DNA of 64,000 nucleotides from Eledone cirrhosa (taxonomy: Eukaryota): contig OZ024742.1 in the NCBI GenBank assembly GCA_964016885.1, positions 258,602,001 to 258,666,000 on the forward strand, read 5' to 3'. Position numbers and translations under genes: made by a program. The notes under the pieces were generated by a model that searched no databases, was not told where the DNA came from, and worked only from the letters and a program-made list of their open reading frames with translations. Numbering within the stretch: position 1 is the stretch's first letter; every line of letters begins with the position of its first letter. This document shows positions 57,460 to 64,000 of this stretch, one piece after another.

Positions 57460-59405
57460 CTTCTCCCTTGCAAGACTAAAACCCTTCTATACATTTTGTA
57501 GTCCATTTGAGGAAATCCTGATCAGGATTATGAAGGGGAGTGATGACCAAGATTGTGAATATTTATTTTATTATACATATTTCAAGGGCGACCAAGTCAA
57601 ATTATGGTGCGCTTTCATCAGATAAAATACAATACAGATTTGTTTTATAGATAAATATTGAAATACCCTGAAAAGATAACCTTAACGGTTGGAGCTTGCT
57701 GGATAGTGGAGATATTACATTTATTGAGGGTGATAGAAAATTATGATTGAGTATGCAAATGAGTGTCCGAAAGGTTGAAAAGATAACGGTTTATTTAAAT
57801 TAAACTGTTGGAAGAAGGTAATTTGTGAGGGATAGAGAACAAAGAAAGAAAAAAAAGAAGGAATGACAAAGATAGGAGAGGAAAAGAAAGAATATATATT
57901 TTGACAGTGAAAATAGCGTGAAGAGAAGAGTTTAAGTATATTTTTAAGTGAGAGAAGAGTTCATAACCAAAGGACAAATACAGCGTAAGTATATTTACAT
58001 GAGAGGAGAAATGAAGAAAAGAAGAAATGAAAATAGCGTGGAAGAATAATATTTATAATGCAGGATTCATTATGTTTCGATTATAATATTTATATTGATA
58101 GGTTGAAAAATTAGATTAAAGATTTAATTTAATAATTTAATAATTAGTTTAAATGTGTTTGTTAAGGATTATAAATTATTTAAATAAATATATATTATTT
58201 TAAAAGTTGTAAGTCAAAATTTTAAACATGCAAATAATTCTAAATTTATGGAAAATTTTCGAGAGTTTACAAAAGAATGACGACTTAGTTATATTATAAA
58301 AACAGTGAGGAAGCGTAAAGGAAGTTATAAGTTATTTTTTAAGAACGCAGATGACTCTCAGGATTAAATGCTATAAAGTTAAGAAGTTACATTTTCTATC
58401 TTAAGAATATAATTAAAATATGAACCTTATGTTATTTTATACGAAGTCATAAATTTACTTGCTATAAAGTTAAAACATTTAAACATTTTTCTTAAGAAAA
58501 TATTTAAAGCATAAACCATACGTTACTCCACATATATAAAAAATCATGTTTTTCCACATATATATAAACATTTGGATATATATATATATATTAAAAACGT
58601 TTGAAAATATAAGAATATAAAACTATAGTTTTTCTATATCTTTCAAAGGAATTTTCAAAAGATTTTTTTAAAACCTTCCGTAAGTTTTTCAAGAAAATAT
58701 TTTCCTTAGAGGAGTTTCAAGCAGTCATATAAAGGAATTTTTAAATGAATTTTATAATCTATCGATAGGTGTAATAATATATATGTGCAGTAGAAAATAA
58801 ATTAAGTATATGAATCATATATAGATATAGAAGACATTATGTAAAAGAGATAAATCATATATTACATTTTATATGTATATTTAAAAGTTGAATTTAAACG
58901 ATGTTTGCAGGAACTGAATAAATTGTTCCTCAAATTAATAGAGTTCTTACTTTTTAGTATAAAGAATATTTCTTCGACACAAAGGGAACAATTTTGGGAT
59001 AAAGCAGTGTATGAAGGAACTTTGGAAATAATATTCCAAAGTAAAGAATAGTTAATATTCTTAGATTTCCAGTCCCATAGTAAGTTAGATAGAGAAGTTG
59101 AAGATGTTTTACCAATATTCGTAAAAGAACATTTATGGTTATTAAAACGGGACTTGAAGTCTGTGGAGGTAGAGCGTACATAATTAAAGGAGTTTACATT
59201 TGTTTTAACATTACAATTGTATACTATATTTTTAACTAAACAATTATTATTTAGAGGATAGTTAGATTTATTTCTACAATTACATTTATCTAAATTTATA
59301 TTATTGGGAGCCGTAACATTATATTTGATATTGTTAGCTGTATTAATGCTATTCTGGTTAGGTTTTAAGTTTCTATTATTAATTCTATTAATATTGTGCG
59401 CTAAA

Positions 59406-59410
<5 letters not shown>
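57460..59410 (-). mobile_element. PLE 3' half with GIY-YIG ORF (58862-59410) and hammerhead
   Basis: CNCRNKSNYPLNNNCL..IVYNC..STSTDFKSRFNNH..STSLSNLLW..CSLCVEE..LFSSCKH; AT-rich 3' region. Confidence 0.88.
57566..57627 (-). ncRNA. Hammerhead ribozyme
   Basis: ttttat-CTGATGA-aaGCGcACCA..TGGTCGC-cctt-GAAA-TATGTA-TA-ataaaa. Confidence 0.8.
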
Positions 59411-59437
<27 letters not shown>

Positions 59438-59440
<3 letters not shown>

Positions 59441-60995
59441 CGTTTCTGAATTTGTTCAGCAAGATTCTTTATCTGAAAACATGTGTTGAAACCGATATTT
59501 TCATACTTTGGGTGGGTCATGTTTCCAATAAGAAACACACGCACCACCTGCTTTCACTCCTATTTATTATAAATTAAATTTAGCTCTGTGTCTAGTACAG
59601 GTAATCGATGGTTGGGGTGTTTGCTTGGGTAGTAACGATAATACTCTGGTTAGAAACCATTAATAGCAAAAAAAAATCCTCCATTCCCATTATGCTAAAC
59701 CCATGACTTCCAAATAACTGATCCACCGAAACTCGGCTGTTTCGGACCATACCAAAATAAACATACTGATTGCGGATTTAGTACGGGTGATGAGGAACGT
59801 GACCCGCATGTGCAACCCCAAGGAACTAGAGAGACACATACAACATTTCATCCACCGTATGCAGTTCTCTGGTTACAATCAGAGAGATAAAATCAGAGTA
59901 TATAGAGGAGCCAGAACCAAATGGGAAAAAATGGTAAATAATTATACAAATCGGACCTGCCCCTTGTATAGGAGGAAATTTGGGAATAGAATAGAAAGAA
60001 CTAGGAATAAGGTTATTAGAATAAACACATGGTATGATAGCAATAAATACCAGAGTGTAATGTTCATCAATACAACCCGTAGAGGTGAACTAGCTTACAA
60101 ATTTAGAAGGGCCCTAGATAAACTTAAACTGAATATTAAGATAGTAGAAAGAAGAGGTACCTCCATAACAACACTTATTAGTAATACATACCCATTTCAA
60201 AGACCTCCCTGTAAAAATAAGAAATGCATAATCTGTAAACTAAGCTCCCATATTAACTGTAAAACTAGAAACATAGTATATAGCATAAGATGTACTGAAG
60301 GACAATGTAAAGATAAGAATATAGTGTACAGAGGTGAGACAGCTCGTAGTAAAGGAGAATGATTAACTGAACACTGGCGAGAGCTTCAAGATAGAAAAGA
60401 TTCATGAGTACTCCACCAACATGCTAAAATAGAACACAAGGGCAAATTAGAGAACATAGAAATAAAAATAGAATCTACACACAGAAAAGACGCAATGTTT
60501 AGACAAATCACAGAGGCAATAAACATAAATGAACTCCAACCAAAATTAAATAGAATACATGAATGAAATAGCAACATCACCACTTACAATTAAGGACAAA
60601 ATGAAAACACACACACATAGAACGAACAAGCAACTAGTAACATGTAAATAAACAAACACATAAACAAATAAATAAACAAATAAAAACACACAAAGACATC
60701 CGGATGTAACACATGCGCAAAATAAGCACACTACACGCGCAAAAAGAAGATGGCGTAGGACAAAACAAAGGAGAGGCACAAAACAAAGAGAAGAATCCCC
60801 AGTCACTGAAGCGGTCATAGAATGTGTGACGAAAAAACTTTGACAATATATGAACAACCGTCCGGTTGTGAAACCAACCAACCAACTGGAAATTTACAAA
60901 TTTCTTAAATTCATAAAGTTAATTTATAATAAATTAGTGTGATGCAACTGGTGCGTGTGTTTCTTATTGGAACATGACCCTCCCAAAGTATAACA
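59438..60995 (+). mobile_element. PLE with left tail, short inverted termini and thumb/GIY-YIG remnant
   Basis: 59500-59576 is the reverse complement of 60921-60995. ORF 59787-60362: RMQFSGY..SVMFINTT..CKNKKCIIC..CKTRNIVYSIRC..GETARS, continuing past stops to RQITEAINI..LN. Confidence 0.92.
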
Positions 60996-61020
60996 CATAT
61001 ATATATATATATACATATAC

Positions 61021-61073
<53 letters not shown>

Positions 61074-61111
61074 TAAGTATGAGTGTGTGTTTGTGTGTAT
61101 GTCTGTTAAGC

Positions 61112-61184
<73 letters not shown>

Positions 61185-61193
61185 ATATATATA

Positions 61194-61404
61194 CGATAAT
61201 TAAATAAATGGAAATTATATTTATAAAACCATATCTATTTCACTATATATATTTCCGGGATATCATATTAACAATATGTTATGCCTTCTTCAGACAAAAT
61301 ACAATATAGACAGTCTTATAAATAAATAGATTCGACATACCTTTCAACATCGACTTGCATTTGAAAAGTTGATTTGCAGTAAAAATATTATGGACAGTTG
61401 TAAA

Positions 61405-61440
<36 letters not shown>

Positions 61441-62956
61441 AAAACGAAGAAAAAGAAGAAATGCATGCAACTAAATAGAGAGAGATAGAAAGATAGATAA
61501 AGAGAAGAACTTCATGTAAAGAAACAGAGAGAGATATATAGAGAGAGGAAATAGATAGAGATAGATAGATATAGATAGAGAAAAGTAGGTAGTTGAGCAT
61601 CAGTTGAATGACGTATCAATGATACATTTATTTATTTATTTATTTATTTAGCTCTAGTATTAATGTAAAGAGAGATATATGTGGTTAGGAGAGAAAACAG
61701 CCGTTATATAGAGAGAAAAAAGAAAAATGAAAAATAACCAGACATAAGCGAGGCAGAATTTAAAAACACTATGTTTCATCAATGTAGAAATATTAGTTCG
61801 TATAAAAACAGGCATTATAATGTAAATATCAGTATTCATGAATGAGACATGTATCTATAATGTGTGAAAAGTAATGATCATATGTCTAGTTTTAAAAATT
61901 CATATGTTTATATCATATCTATAAACATCGATGTGAATTTACGTGAAAACATTCTCATTGTGCTATAAAAATTCAAGTATACATATATGTGTATATATAC
62001 ACATATATATATAGAGTCTATATTAATTTTAACAATAGTATTCTTGTCTTTACTCTACATGATTATCGATCAAGCAGAAATAGAGAACAGATTTCAATAT
62101 ATTAATAAAAATATCAGAAACAAAAATAAATAAACAGAAAACTAAAAATATTAAATATTAAAAATAAAAATATTAAAAATATTTAAAAATATTAAAAAAT
62201 AATTAAAAAATAATAAAAATAAAACATAGTATGCCACGCAAATCGACCACAAAGATCAACCCTTCAAAGTTAATTGACAATATATTGCCAAGTTCATTAT
62301 AAGCATCAGAGTCAAAAACAGATAAAACCAAAAATTATTTACCAAATCCTGTCTAGCAGAAATCATTCCAAAAGTTTAGGATATCCATTTGGTCTACATA
62401 TGTTCTTATATTTAATATAGAAGTTTATCTAGTGTAAAATTTATTCGATATATTTGGAGCATCAGCTTTTAGGGTAGTTTAATTATTCATGAAGAATGTT
62501 TAAAATAAAAAGAAGAAATCGAAAGATTTATCGGCTAGTTTCATAAATAATTACAAATCAAACTAAATATACTACATTTTAAATTTAAATTTATATTTAA
62601 AAGTTGAGTTCAATCTATGTCTGCAGCAACTGAATAAACTTGTCCGTAGATTAAGGGAATTTTTAGATTTTAGTATAAAGAATATCTCCTCCGCGCAGAG
62701 GTCACATGTCTCAGAGGATGAATTAAAAGGAATCTATTTATTTATAAGACTGTCTATATTGTATTTTGTCTGAAGAAGGCATAACATATTGTTAATATGA
62801 TATCCCTGAAATATATATAGTGAAATAGATATGGTTTTATAAATATAATTTCCATTTATTTAATTATCGTAAATATACTCCAAATACTTGTTGAGTGCCT
62901 TTATATCAGTTATAAATATTTACTCGTTGTAACCCAACAATTTAAATATAACTTTC

Positions 62957-62960
<4 letters not shown>
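61194..62960 (-). mobile_element. PLE remnant with inverted arms (each with a hammerhead) and right tail
   Basis: 61194-61330 is the reverse complement of 62733-62870. Hammerheads at 61238-61299 (-) and 62764-62825 (+). Endonuclease C-terminus CDLCAEEIFFILKSKNSLNLRTSLFSCCRH at 62580-62730 (-). Tail 62871-62960. Confidence 0.88.
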
Positions 62961-62991
<31 letters not shown>

Positions 62992-63911
62992 GTGTGTGTG
63001 TTTGTACGTGTGTGTATATGTAATTTTATATACTGACATTCTATTTGCATTCCCTTTAAAGTTGTAGTACTGTTCACAATTTAAGGCAGTCATAGGCCAA
63101 TTGTGGCCCGGTGCTTTCTGAAAGGCCCACTTAATTTCAAAATTGACTTTTTTTAGTCGAATGACCGGTGTTATGATGAGCCACATTCTATGCAGCCAAA
63201 AGGCTTGCAATTATATTGGTCTGAGAATTCAATCAAATATAACTCTTTATATGCTTCATTTCGTCACTTTGGAATGTTGATATCGATCAGAATTGAACGG
63301 CAAACGTAAAGGGCGAAATCGGAATACCACAATTCATTTGCCTGATTCATTAAAGGACCCGCAAATAACACGCCAGATGGAAAGGAAATGCTTCAATTTC
63401 AACGATGCAAGTTATTGTTGTTCGATCAATAGAAAGGCCTGTTCATGATATCAATGTATATATGGCTGAGTATTCGATAGTCATGTACACCGTTCATGTA
63501 ATTCCCAGGGAGTGTTGATGAGACATTGTATCACGCAACTGGAGCTTTGAACTTCAGTTAGAGTCCGCCGTATGAGCTTTCAAACAGCTTCCCCTCCTTA
63601 AATTCAAACACGGGATATAGGTAGAATTAAGGCGTTTTTACTAGTGCTAGAAGCCACACAATGATATTGTCTCCCGGGGACTAAGGATTGAGAATCTAAT
63701 TTCTTATCCATTCATCCGTGCTGCGGTCACAAATTACTCAACAGTGATTCAAAAATACTCTTGCCTAGACTTCTCATTTTAAATACTTTTCTTGTAGGAC
63801 TATATAATGAAAGAATAAAGCTATTATTTCGATGTATAGACTGTACGTCACAGTGTGCATGTTTCAAATGCTTTCAAGTCAATATAATAACGATGTCAAC
63901 CATTCCTATAT

Positions 63912-64000
<89 letters not shown>

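Overview
AT-rich animal genomic DNA with no intact host gene. The tRNA-derived SINE family (…GAGTTCAAATCCC…GTTAAC…GCCTTTCATCC…) and the density of (TA)n/(CA)n repeats suggest an octopus-like cephalopod, which is an inference. Most ORFs in the supplied track are microsatellite artefacts. Real content: a decayed autonomous Helitron (24.4-29.9 kb) with an intron-split N-terminus and nine 23-aa STPR-like repeats, a non-autonomous Helitron, a CR1-group LINE remnant, an internally deleted RTE LINE, a deleted mariner, about 12 SINE copies, and one orphan pseudogenised NFXL1-like exon. The dominant signal is a large set of Penelope-like element (PLE) remnants. Most sit in (TA)n and share one layout: a unique tail on one side plus two inverted arms. 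They range from about 3 kb elements with GIY-YIG/RT coding remnants to 120-540 bp non-coding hairpins. Many arms carry type-I hammerhead ribozyme motifs with covarying stem II and a palindromic stem III, including a recurrent CCGANGA core variant. Coordinates were read by eye; element edges may be off by several bases.
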